A stretch of DNA of 64,000 nt, from IMG/VR virus record IMGVR_UViG_3300006805_000023; one strand, written 5' to 3'. The notes under the pieces were generated by a model, which worked only from the letters and a program-made list of their open reading frames with translations, searched no databases and was not told the origin of the DNA. Position 1 is the first letter of the stretch. The number at the start of each line of letters is the position of its first letter. Shown piece after piece: positions 1-7,703 of the stretch. The DNA comes from a virus (taxonomy: Duplodnaviria > Caudoviricetes). Position numbers and translations under genes: made by a program.

Positions 1-7
1 AGAGTAC

Positions 8-36
8 TTGACAAGTGCTAGGAAGCGTGTTATCTT
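8..36 (+). promoter_or_regulatory. sigma70-type early promoter, leaderless
   Basis: TTGACA-N17-TATCTT, ATG 42 is 5 nt after -10. Confidence 0.85.
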
Positions 37-41
37 TCTGC

Positions 42-356
42 ATGCCCGCGAACGCCCTCCTGACCTCCTCCTCCCCGCACTGGGAACTCCTCAAAAACCG
101 TGGCCTTGCTTCCGTGAAGGAGCAGAGCTACGGTAAGCGCCACTGCGTCTACGACGGCCCTCCATCCGACTGGGCTAAGGAGCGCGAAGCTACTCACACC
201 CTTTATTGCGGCGACGGCCCCGGAGAAGGAACCCGCCCAGCCAAGCTGCTCAAGACCGTCCTTTACGTTGGTGTCGACGAGGTCGCCGACCAGATTGTCT
301 GGGAGAAGTGGGACCTGGTCCCAAGCGCCACCATCGAGTGGAGGATTGAACAATGA
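42..356 (+). CDS. hypothetical protein
   Basis: ORF 15..356 restarted at promoter-adjacent ATG 42. Confidence 0.7.
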   Translation: MPANALLTSSSPHWELLKNRGLASVKEQSYGKRHCVYDGPPSDWAKEREATHTLYCGDGPGEGTRPAKLLKTVLYVGVDEVADQIVWEKWDLVPSATIEWRIEQ

Positions 357-676
357 GAGCACCACGCCCAACCAAAGTCCGTTCTTACACAGCCGAGTTC
401 AACCGGTTCAGAGTGCTGGCCACCCTCAAGGGTGGTGAAGTCGTCATGTCCCTCTACGCAAACAACGAGGTGGACTTTAGCGGCCACTGCCTCGCTGGTG
501 GAGTCTTCCCACGGGACGAGTTAATTAAGGAGGCGAAGACACGCCTCCGGAGCTACCAGGCCTACCAGAAACACCTCCGCTGGGACCGCAAGGAACTGGT
601 GCGCGAGGTCTATTTGCTAGCCACCTCATGTAACTCCTTCGAGGAGTTCGTGTCCAGGTTCATCAGGCCCCAGTAA
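353..676 (+). CDS. hypothetical protein
   Basis: 107 aa, ATGA overlap with upstream gene. Confidence 0.7.
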   Translation: MRAPRPTKVRSYTAEFNRFRVLATLKGGEVVMSLYANNEVDFSGHCLAGGVFPRDELIKEAKTRLRSYQAYQKHLRWDRKELVREVYLLATSCNSFEEFVSRFIRPQ

Positions 677-690
677 GGGGCCTGGTTGGT

Positions 691-972
691 CTACCGCAGG
701 CGGTGCAATGCCACTGCGATGATGCGCGGTGGAAACGTCCCGACCTCGATGTGGGAGAGAAGCTCACCGATCTCACCTGAGCGCAGGAACAGGCGCACCA
801 GACGTTTCTGGATCTGGATGATTTTGTCCATCGCCTCCTCCATGACCGTCGAGTAGGCTTCCTGGTTTTCAGCCGCGTAAAGCGACTGCCGGTTAAGGTG
901 GGAGCACCATTTCTCCTCGTTCTCAAGAAGGACGAAGAGTGAGTTGATCGCGGCGTTGGTTTCTTGTGTCAT
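691..972 (-). CDS. hypothetical protein
   Basis: 93 aa, own promoter. Confidence 0.7.
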   Translation of the reverse strand: MTQETNAAINSLFVLLENEEKWCSHLNRQSLYAAENQEAYSTVMEEAMDKIIQIQKRLVRLFLRSGEIGELLSHIEVGTFPPRIIAVALHRLR

Positions 973-977
973 TCAGG

Positions 978-1006
978 AGTATAACACAGGTCTTATACTT
1001 TGTCAA
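978..1006 (-). promoter_or_regulatory. sigma70-type early promoter, leaderless
   Basis: TTGACA-N17-TATACT, ATG 972 after 5 nt. Confidence 0.9.
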
Positions 1007-1077
1007 GTAGGACGAGCTTGGATACGGCTGAGCCGCCGGTGTCACCGGCGGCTCGTTTGTAACAGGTGTGGTCTCGG

Positions 1078-2415
1078 TCATTTGCCCTCCATCTTGTCGA
1101 TGATGTCTGCCAGTTCCTTCTTCTGCTCCTCGGTCAGCTGCCACTTGGCTGCCTCCAGGAGGTCCTTGAGGCGTTCCACGGGCGTCTTGACAGAGGGGAC
1201 GAACCAGCTTTTGACGATCTTCAGGATCTCCTTGACCTTGTGTGGGACCATAACCCACTTGACCCCGGCTGCCTGGGCGCGCTGCACCTCCTCCTGAGTG
1301 GTCACTGGGACGGCTGCCACGCCGTGCTCCTCTTCAAAGTCAGCCACCACGGCGGCGACGATCGGTGAGCTGGCCTTCGCGTAGGCACTCAAGTAGGCAG
1401 TGTCAGGCTTGCCGGATTTGACGAGGGCAACCGCCTCGGCTGTGGCGATCTTACGGGAGGCCCAGAGTTCAGCAGTCAAGGACTGCAGCTCGTAGGTGCT
1501 CATCAGACCGCGATCACGGTCCAGGGACACCTGATCAGGCCGGAACGAGTAGCCGCACTCGAACTCGTCGAAGGTGCAGACATAAAGGTTGCCCACGTAA
1601 ACGCGCCCCTTATGCTTAGGGTCGTTCAGGATGCCGTGCGGGATGCTGTCGGACAAGATGTTGGCCTCGACGACCTCCCAGTCCTTCTCGGCGATCCCCT
1701 CGATCTTGAAGACGACCTTGCTGGAGGTGATCGAGCTGTTGGTCACGACCTTGAGGGTCAGGATCTCGGTCTCGAACGTTGCCGAGTGCTTGAAGCTCGG
1801 AGTCCAGACCTCATCCTGATTGTTGATTGTGATCCGGTAACCAGCACGCAGCAGGGCCAGGAGCGCCAGCTTGTAGCCCTCACCGAACTTGCCGCGCAGC
1901 TTGGGGTCGGCGGCCTTCGTGGAGTTGCCGAGCACCAGCGAGGCGAGCTTCAGGACGCCATAGGAGCTGATCTGCAGCGTGCCGTCGCGGTAGGACAGGC
2001 CAGACTGGATACCGGACGACTCCTGTTGATCCAGGGCGTTCTGCCAAATCTCGCGCACCGCCTCCCACAAGCCCCAGCCAGCCACGTAGTTGGCGGAGAT
2101 CGGCAGCTCAATCTCCATCAAAGGGCGTGGTGCGTCTGATTCCACGTTGTCTTCCCTGCCGTTTTCATAGGCAGCGCTCAGCTTGGTGTCGCTGTTCCGG
2201 AAAAAGTCGAAGCGCGGATCGGGCCAGTGCTGTGGGCAGTCGCGGTTCGTGCAGTTGGCGTCGCCGCACTCATACTGAGCCCGCCATTCGGTCTCATACA
2301 CTTCGCAGGCCGTCGCGAAGCCCGCGTCGTCTTCATACTCCTCGCGCTGAGGGGCACCGTCTGGATAGGACTTGGTCTCTTGCAACCAGTAACGTTTGAC
2401 TAGGGTCTTGCTCAT
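1078..2415 (-). CDS. GHKL (HATPase_c) family ATPase
   Basis: REIWQNALD (N-box) and GKFGEGYK (G-box) motifs; about 100 aa N-terminal extension. Confidence 0.8.
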   Translation of the reverse strand: MSKTLVKRYWLQETKSYPDGAPQREEYEDDAGFATACEVYETEWRAQYECGDANCTNRDCPQHWPDPRFDFFRNSDTKLSAAYENGREDNVESDAPRPLMEIELPISANYVAGWGLWEAVREIWQNALDQQESSGIQSGLSYRDGTLQISSYGVLKLASLVLGNSTKAADPKLRGKFGEGYKLALLALLRAGYRITINNQDEVWTPSFKHSATFETEILTLKVVTNSSITSSKVVFKIEGIAEKDWEVVEANILSDSIPHGILNDPKHKGRVYVGNLYVCTFDEFECGYSFRPDQVSLDRDRGLMSTYELQSLTAELWASRKIATAEAVALVKSGKPDTAYLSAYAKASSPIVAAVVADFEEEHGVAAVPVTTQEEVQRAQAAGVKWVMVPHKVKEILKIVKSWFVPSVKTPVERLKDLLEAAKWQLTEEQKKELADIIDKMEGK

Positions 2416-2445
2416 GTCGGGTGGTGTGGGTGTGTGGTGCTGAGG

Positions 2446-3078
2446 TTAAGGGACGATGCTCTCGCGGGTCTTTCGGGCCAGCCAGACAGCCTCGTGAGCG
2501 AGGGTGTTGTCGTATTCTTCGGTCTTCTTTCGTGAGCAGAGCCCGGTCAGGGCACCGGTAGCCAGCGTCACCAAGTCCAGGTGCTCCTGGGTCGCCACGC
2601 GGGTGGTCAGGCCCTTGACCTGCTGCTCCAGGGCGGCGATCCGCTGAATATCACCCGCAGGGTCGGAGCGCGTCTCCAGCTGATGGACGTAGGAACGGAT
2701 GTGGGGCGGGAGGGCCTCGATCTCGCCGGGTGCGACCTTGTAGCTGGTGTTGGCTGGCAGCGGAGTGGCACGGCTGGACAGCACGCTGTTTTCGGGGCAG
2801 AAGAAGGAGAACAGCGCTGGAAGGATGAGCGTCCGCATGTGGACCTCGTTGAGCTGGCACAGGACGTTGCTCTCGTGATAGTTGGCCGCACTCCGGTTCT
2901 CGAACTCCAGGGGGCCGCCTGGAACCCACTTCGCCATGATGTAGTCGCCGACCGTGATCACGAAGTATTGCTGGGTGGTGTGGCCGTCCTTTTGCTCCGA
3001 GACCATACGGGCGCAGGCCTCGCAGGAGACCCCGCAGAGAGTGAAGGAGACGGGAATGTGGGTAGTCATGGTGTTCAT
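2446..3078 (-). CDS. hypothetical protein, paralog of 3075..3380
   Basis: ITVGDYIMAKWVPGGPLEFENRSA matches neighbour. Confidence 0.7.
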   Translation of the reverse strand: MNTMTTHIPVSFTLCGVSCEACARMVSEQKDGHTTQQYFVITVGDYIMAKWVPGGPLEFENRSAANYHESNVLCQLNEVHMRTLILPALFSFFCPENSVLSSRATPLPANTSYKVAPGEIEALPPHIRSYVHQLETRSDPAGDIQRIAALEQQVKGLTTRVATQEHLDLVTLATGALTGLCSRKKTEEYDNTLAHEAVWLARKTRESIVP

Positions 3079-3380
3079 ATGGAAGAGACGTCGGGTTTGA
3101 GTTTCATGAGAACGGCTGGGATGATCTGCTTCGCCATGACCTCTGGAGTGACTTTGGCAAGCGGGTGGTCTGGATTGCCGTAGCCTTCGGCGCTATTGTT
3201 GGAGAACTCCATTGGCATGTCTGGTTTCCAGGTGACGAGCAAATAGTCCCCCATCGTGATCGTCAGTTCAGTAGCGACGGTCTCAAACAGAGCCCGCGAC
3301 AAAGTGAGGCGACCGTTGACGTCGTGGGAGACGCCGTCCATCACGAAGGTGGTGGGCAGGTAAGTGGTAAATTCAGTCAT
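3075..3380 (-). CDS. hypothetical protein, paralog of 2446..3078
   Basis: ITMGDYLLVTWKPDMPMEFSNNSA; own promoter. Confidence 0.75.
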   Translation of the reverse strand: MTEFTTYLPTTFVMDGVSHDVNGRLTLSRALFETVATELTITMGDYLLVTWKPDMPMEFSNNSAEGYGNPDHPLAKVTPEVMAKQIIPAVLMKLKPDVSSI

Positions 3381-3386
3381 GGTGGT

Positions 3387-3415
3387 AGTCTATAGGCTGA
3401 GGTTGCGTCGGTCAA
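3387..3415 (-). promoter_or_regulatory. sigma70-type early promoter, leaderless
   Basis: TTGACC-N17-TAGACT, ATG 3380 after 6 nt. Confidence 0.8.
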
Positions 3416-3420
3416 TCTGG

Positions 3421-3786
3421 TTATTCGGCGTTGGCTTCCAGTTCCGCCATGTCCACGATGTCCTGCACGGTGGTGTGAATGAAACGCCAGTAAGCGGTCA
3501 CATACTTGGCTGCTGCTTTGTGGCGTGACTCTTCGGTAGCGCAGCACGGCCAAAACATTCCAGCGAACAACTCAGCGCCCTCACGGACTGCACGACGAGC
3601 TGCCAGCCAGGTGCGTCTCTCGTTGCCGTTCTTGGAATCCTTCAGATGAACTCCCTCTTGCAGGTCCTTGATGGCGTGGTGGGTCCAGGCGGTGAGACCA
3701 AGCCCGTTTTCACTGGCGGTCTGCAGGATCTTGGCGGTTGCGGCGGAACGGAACTTGCTGGCGCGGAAGGTAGTGGGGTTGCTCAT
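3421..3786 (-). CDS. hypothetical protein
   Basis: start moved to promoter-adjacent ATG 3786. Confidence 0.7.
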   Translation of the reverse strand: MSNPTTFRASKFRSAATAKILQTASENGLGLTAWTHHAIKDLQEGVHLKDSKNGNERRTWLAARRAVREGAELFAGMFWPCCATEESRHKAAAKYVTAYWRFIHTTVQDIVDMAELEANAE

Positions 3787-3791
3787 CCATG

Positions 3792-3820
3792 AACCTAACA
3801 CAGACCTTGACGTTTGTCAA
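3792..3820 (-). promoter_or_regulatory. sigma70-type early promoter, leaderless
   Basis: TTGACA-N17-TAGGTT, ATG 3786 after 5 nt. Confidence 0.9.
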
Positions 3821-4449
3821 GTGGACCAGAAGCGAGGCTTGAAGGCATCGGGTAGCTCGACTTGGTACTGGTCGGTCGGAGGGTTGACCTTGACGGCCCT
3901 GGAGACGATATCCGGGTTGTACACCACCATGACGAGAGCGCCACCGTGGTAGCGGAACACTCCGTAGTCCACGCCCTGATCGACCAGCAGCTGGCGCAGG
4001 GCTGTGGTCCGGCTTGGGATCAGAGCGTCGCTGTTGATGCAGAGGTTGACCAAAGAATCGGCATCAATGGTGCTTTCACCAGGGCTGCGGCTGCGACCAT
4101 AGCGCTCGATGTCAGCCAGGAGCTTCTTGCGCAAGGCAACCTTGACGTAGGACTTCACGAAGTTGGCTGCGGTCTGAGAGTCGATCTCGACGTGGCTGAT
4201 GTCCATACCCTTGCGGACCGTCACCGCGTACACGCTGCCACCACCCTTTGAGTATTTCCGGGCCGTCGGGTAGTCGTTGGTCAGATAGAGGCCAGGACCG
4301 AACTCCCAGGAGCCGGTCTGACCGGGCTTGATGCCGCTCCTGATATCCAGGTTGCGCCCTCCGTGATACCACGTGACGGTGTCGTTGGTCGGGAGCGGCG
4401 TAGCGTCCTGCTCGTGGAGCTGAAGTAGGAGAGAAGTGATCGAGATCAT
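3817..4449 (-). CDS. ADP-ribosyltransferase-fold protein (PARP/DUF3990-like) with type-B N-terminal tag
   Basis: WYHG ... FGPGLYLTND...ARKY pattern; N-terminus MISITSLLLQLHE. Confidence 0.65.
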   Translation of the reverse strand: MISITSLLLQLHEQDATPLPTNDTVTWYHGGRNLDIRSGIKPGQTGSWEFGPGLYLTNDYPTARKYSKGGGSVYAVTVRKGMDISHVEIDSQTAANFVKSYVKVALRKKLLADIERYGRSRSPGESTIDADSLVNLCINSDALIPSRTTALRQLLVDQGVDYGVFRYHGGALVMVVYNPDIVSRAVKVNPPTDQYQVELPDAFKPRFWST

Positions 4450-4850
4450 GCGAGAGCGAGCTGACGTGATTTGCCTTTGGCCCGGAAGCGCTCAGGCTGG
4501 TCGCTGAGCCCATGCGAATAAGAGAAGGCAGCGCCACCGGCGACCTTGTCATGGTAAGTGACGTGCTTGAGGTCATCAAAACCACGCTTTGCCAGAAGGG
4601 CGTCCACGACTGCTTGATCCAGGGGAGTCGGCTGCTCCCACCAAAATACTGTGTTGGAGCCCTCTGGATAGCGCCACCGTTTACCACGCAGCAGGTTGAG
4701 GCTTTTATGCGACGGCACCGCCTCGTCCCCAGCTTCTGGGTCGTAGGTGGCACGCTGAGTCTGGACCTGTCCATCCTGGAGAACCGTCCCTATGACCAGG
4801 GCAAGAGCAGCTTCACAAAGGTACAACAGGGAGGAGGTAACGGAAAACAT
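4446..4850 (-). CDS. hypothetical protein with type-B tag
   Basis: MFSVTSSLLYLCE; late motif upstream. Confidence 0.7.
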   Translation of the reverse strand: MFSVTSSLLYLCEAALALVIGTVLQDGQVQTQRATYDPEAGDEAVPSHKSLNLLRGKRWRYPEGSNTVFWWEQPTPLDQAVVDALLAKRGFDDLKHVTYHDKVAGGAAFSYSHGLSDQPERFRAKGKSRQLALA

Positions 4851-4854
4851 CCGC

Positions 4855-4863
4855 GATACCTAG
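4855..4863 (-). promoter_or_regulatory. putative late promoter
   Basis: CTAGGTATC, 4 nt before ATG 4850. Confidence 0.7.
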
Positions 4864-5180
4864 AGCTTGGCAATAATCGGCTTAGCCGCTTCGTTGAAAT
4901 CGTGAAAGGTCTCCTGCGCCCCGCCAGCCTGCAAAGCTTGTCTGAGAGGGGCCTCCCAGTCAAGACAAAGCTCAGACCACTCTGGGAGCAGATCAAGCTG
5001 CCTGTTCTCCGTATAACGGTGTTTCCACGGGTTGAGAATAGCTGGCGCGTCGTCCTCACCCCAGCCCTCAATAAAGTGGCCGACAGCTTGTCTGGCGATC
5101 GGGTCCATTTGCTCAGCAGTGATGGCGGTGCCATGCTCCTCCTTAAGGAGGCTCTCAACCAGTTTGTCAGCGTTTTTCAT
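4860..5180 (-). CDS. hypothetical protein with type-A tag
   Basis: start at 5180 (MKNADKLVESLLKE), ATGA-coupled to upstream stop. Confidence 0.75.
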   Translation of the reverse strand: MKNADKLVESLLKEEHGTAITAEQMDPIARQAVGHFIEGWGEDDAPAILNPWKHRYTENRQLDLLPEWSELCLDWEAPLRQALQAGGAQETFHDFNEAAKPIIAKL

Positions 5181-5854
5181 AGTGCAACGATATTTAGGAC
5201 CTTCAGCATCCCGATCCCACAGGTCACCTTCAGGGTTTTGTCGATAAACTCCCAGGTCTTCTCGAACTGCGGCTTGACCCGGTTCCAGAATTTGTGGACC
5301 GTGGTCCGGCGACCCGGCAGCACAATATCGTGGAAGGACACCAGCTTGGAGTTGCGGCGAACGCGCTCGAAGTCGATCGTCACCCACTCGTCCTGATGAC
5401 GGGCGTCGATCAGTGTGAGGCCGTACTGCTCGTCCTTGAGGTCGATCAGCTCAGAGCTTTGCTGCCTGAACTCCACGTCCGGGAAGCGTGCTTTGTAGAG
5501 GTCCCAGTCAATCAGGTTGTTCGCGATGTCGTAGCCGACGCTCCCCTGGTAGAGAGGGTTGATGGCGCGCAGGTAGGAGTCGGTGATGAACCAGGAGCCA
5601 CCGGAGGCCACGCCGACCTCAAGGTAACGGTCAACCCGTCCGGACTCGAAGACGTTGCCGACCGTCACCAGATAACGGGCGAACTCGTCCGGCACTTGCA
5701 GGCAGCGCAGGTGGGAGCCCTTCAGACCGGCTGGCTTGAAATGGCAGTGCAGAGTCAGAAACTCGTGCATGAAGGCGTAGTTGGAGAGGCGCGCACGATT
5801 CTTGGCGAAATAATCGTACAGTTCGTGGCAGCGGAGTTGGGCAGGTTCGGTCAT
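5177..5854 (-). CDS. class I SAM-dependent methyltransferase (Methyltransf_24-like)
   Basis: YLEVGVASGGS, LIDARH, FHDI motifs. Confidence 0.8.
   Translation of the reverse strand: MTEPAQLRCHELYDYFAKNRARLSNYAFMHEFLTLHCHFKPAGLKGSHLRCLQVPDEFARYLVTVGNVFESGRVDRYLEVGVASGGSWFITDSYLRAINPLYQGSVGYDIANNLIDWDLYKARFPDVEFRQQSSELIDLKDEQYGLTLIDARHQDEWVTIDFERVRRNSKLVSFHDIVLPGRRTTVHKFWNRVKPQFEKTWEFIDKTLKVTCGIGMLKVLNIVAL
5189..5197 (-). promoter_or_regulatory. putative late promoter
   Basis: CTAAATATC, 8 nt before ATG 5180. Confidence 0.65.
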
Positions 5855-5874
5855 CGGGATAAGAACTCTTGGTT

Positions 5875-6246
5875 TTACTCGACCTCTCTCATGCTCTCGC
5901 CGTCGTTGTAGGCATTGAGCTCAACGATCCCGATCCCAGACACGCCGAGGTAGCGCCGACCGGTCCTCAGGTCGGTGATCTCGTAGGAGCAGCGCGTGTG
6001 CTCATAGGCAGTGTCGTCGTAGAAGACGCCGGTCTTCACGATCCTGACGTGTTCCGATTTGAGGATGAGGCTGGACTTCGGCCCCAGCTCCTGGACCGGT
6101 GACTTAGGCTCGATCGTCATGGCCTTGTCTATCGCCTTGACCGTCTCCACGACAGTGTCACGGTGCTTACCCCAGTCAGTCTGGGTGAGCGCCACAACGA
6201 GAGCTGTGCAAGAGAGGGTCAGTACAAAGGCAGAGGTTTTAGTCAT
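5875..6246 (-). CDS. hypothetical protein with N-terminal membrane anchor or signal
   Basis: FVLTLSCTALVVAL hydrophobic N-terminus. Confidence 0.65.
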   Translation of the reverse strand: MTKTSAFVLTLSCTALVVALTQTDWGKHRDTVVETVKAIDKAMTIEPKSPVQELGPKSSLILKSEHVRIVKTGVFYDDTAYEHTRCSYEITDLRTGRRYLGVSGIGIVELNAYNDGESMREVE

Positions 6247-6416
6247 GGTGGGGAGAGGATAATGCCGAACTTAACCAGTACGATGTCCAGGAGCATCAGA
6301 GCGCAGCCCAGCACGAACTTCCAAGCGTAGCGCCTGGATGGGTAAACAGTCTCGGCGACGGACAAGCCGAAAAAGGCGAAGAACAGCGCTATGGCGACTG
6401 GGAAGGGGAGGGTCAT
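6243..6416 (-). CDS. small two-TM membrane protein (57 aa)
   Basis: hand-translated MTLPFPVAIALFFAFFGLS...FVLGCALMLLDIVLVKFGIILSPP; ATGA overlaps at both ends. Confidence 0.7.
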   Translation of the reverse strand: MTLPFPVAIALFFAFFGLSVAETVYPSRRYAWKFVLGCALMLLDIVLVKFGIILSPP

Positions 6417-6913
6417 CGTTTTGTTGATGGGAACTGGAGCCCTGGGAGCGAGGGGCCGCCTGGCTTTTCCTTCTTGGAGCGGTCGAAGTCAGCTTCGGAC
6501 AGCTTCGGCACCATCTTGCCCTTCAGACGCCGGATGTCGAAGTTGCACGGGGAGAGCATCTCGCCCTTCTTGTCGGAGCCGACCGGCTGGACGTCCACGT
6601 GGACGCAGCCGCTGAGGTGGTAGATCAGGTTGATCGCCGTCCCCTTGAAGCCGGTTGGGACGTCCTCAACGTCGCTGCCGAGCATGCTGAGCGGGACGTC
6701 CAGCTCTTCATACTCGATAGGCGTCTTGCCAGCAATGAAACGCGCTGCTGGGTAGAAGATCGCTTTGAGCGGCTGCCCGTCTTCCTTGTTGAGGCCGTGG
6801 GGCTGGAACAGATAAGAGCAGGAGCGGTTGGTGTCAATGTAGAGGCCGGTGAGGGTCCCAACGTTCAGGGTGGCGCTGTCGATGACCTTCTGATTGAGTT
6901 TGATGGTTCGCAT
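6413..6913 (-). CDS. hypothetical phage protein
   Basis: 166 aa; FKGTAINLIYHLSGCVHVDVQP resembles a common phage family. Confidence 0.75.
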   Translation of the reverse strand: MRTIKLNQKVIDSATLNVGTLTGLYIDTNRSCSYLFQPHGLNKEDGQPLKAIFYPAARFIAGKTPIEYEELDVPLSMLGSDVEDVPTGFKGTAINLIYHLSGCVHVDVQPVGSDKKGEMLSPCNFDIRRLKGKMVPKLSEADFDRSKKEKPGGPSLPGLQFPSTKR

Positions 6914-6933
6914 AGGTGGTGTTGATGAAGAAA

Positions 6934-7010
6934 TGGTGCATCCGGCAGGGATCGAACCTGCGGCCTAGAGTTTAGGAAACCCTTGCTCTTATCCACTGAG
7001 CTACGGATGC
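6934..7010 (-). tRNA. trnR: tRNA-Arg(CCU)
   Basis: cloverleaf: GCATCCG/CGGATGC acceptor stem, anticodon loop TTCCTAA, T-loop TTCGATC, encoded CCA. Confidence 0.95.
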
Positions 7011-7019
7011 AAAAAGTGT

Positions 7020-7317
7020 TTAGGCTCCCGAGAAATCGAAGTTCTCGCGCAGCTCCTTGTAACCGGGAGCTGGTGTGCCGACTGGCACCACAAACTCGAC
7101 CATAGGGGGCTCCCTTACGGGTGCCAAAGTCGGTCAGGGCCACCGTAACGGTGATGTCGGCCCTCCGGAGGAAAGGGAAGTCGGCCTGGGCGATATCCAC
7201 CAAGCTCAGGTAGGCGTTGATGTGACGCGTCGTTTCAAGGTGGTGGACGATCCTGACCTTGGTGTTAAACCGTGTGTCAGTCGGGCGGAAGATGAGCTTG
7301 GTGGGGGAGTCTGACAT
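7020..7317 (-). pseudogene. hypothetical protein interrupted by apparent +1 frameshift at C5 run
   Basis: removing one base at 7105-7109 gives 98 aa ending 9 nt before the tRNA. Confidence 0.5.
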
Positions 7318-7397
7318 TGTGGTGCGGCTGGCGGATCTGATTAAGGACCTTGTCTCTTACCTCCCGGAACGGTCAAGCGGGCGGCCAGTTCGAAACC

Positions 7398-7652
7398 TTA
7401 GTCCAGGAAGAGCCCCGTAACAAGGGGAGGTTTCGGCTTCCTCCTGCCAGGTCCTGCATGGGTAGTGTTGACGCAGACCTCGCAACGGGTCGAGTCGGCT
7501 GCCTTCTCACGGCCACAACAAGGGCAGAGCCCCTCCTGCTTCCAGCGGGCTTTGGTGACTTGCAGGGAGAGCGCCTTTTGGCGGCGTGATGCTTCGCTTA
7601 ACATGGCCACACTAAAAGCTCGCTGGGAGCGTCTGGCAACCTGCCCATTCAC
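7398..7652 (-). CDS. small CxxC Zn-binding hypothetical protein
   Basis: CPCC and CEVC motifs; GTG start uncertain. Confidence 0.55.
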   Translation of the reverse strand: MNGQVARRSQRAFSVAMLSEASRRQKALSLQVTKARWKQEGLCPCCGREKAADSTRCEVCVNTTHAGPGRRKPKPPLVTGLFLD

Positions 7653-7666
7653 ACCGAACCCCCGGC

Positions 7667-7695
7667 TTGACCAGAACCAGGCCAGCGTTTAACCT
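7667..7695 (+). promoter_or_regulatory. sigma70-type promoter
   Basis: TTGACC-N17-TAACCT, ATG 7704 after 8 nt. Confidence 0.65.
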
Positions 7696-7703
7696 CCTCT
7701 CTT

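Noticed and set aside
6865-7317. 150-aa ORF as listed in the track
   Set aside because: It runs through the tRNA gene; better explained as a frameshifted 98-aa gene.
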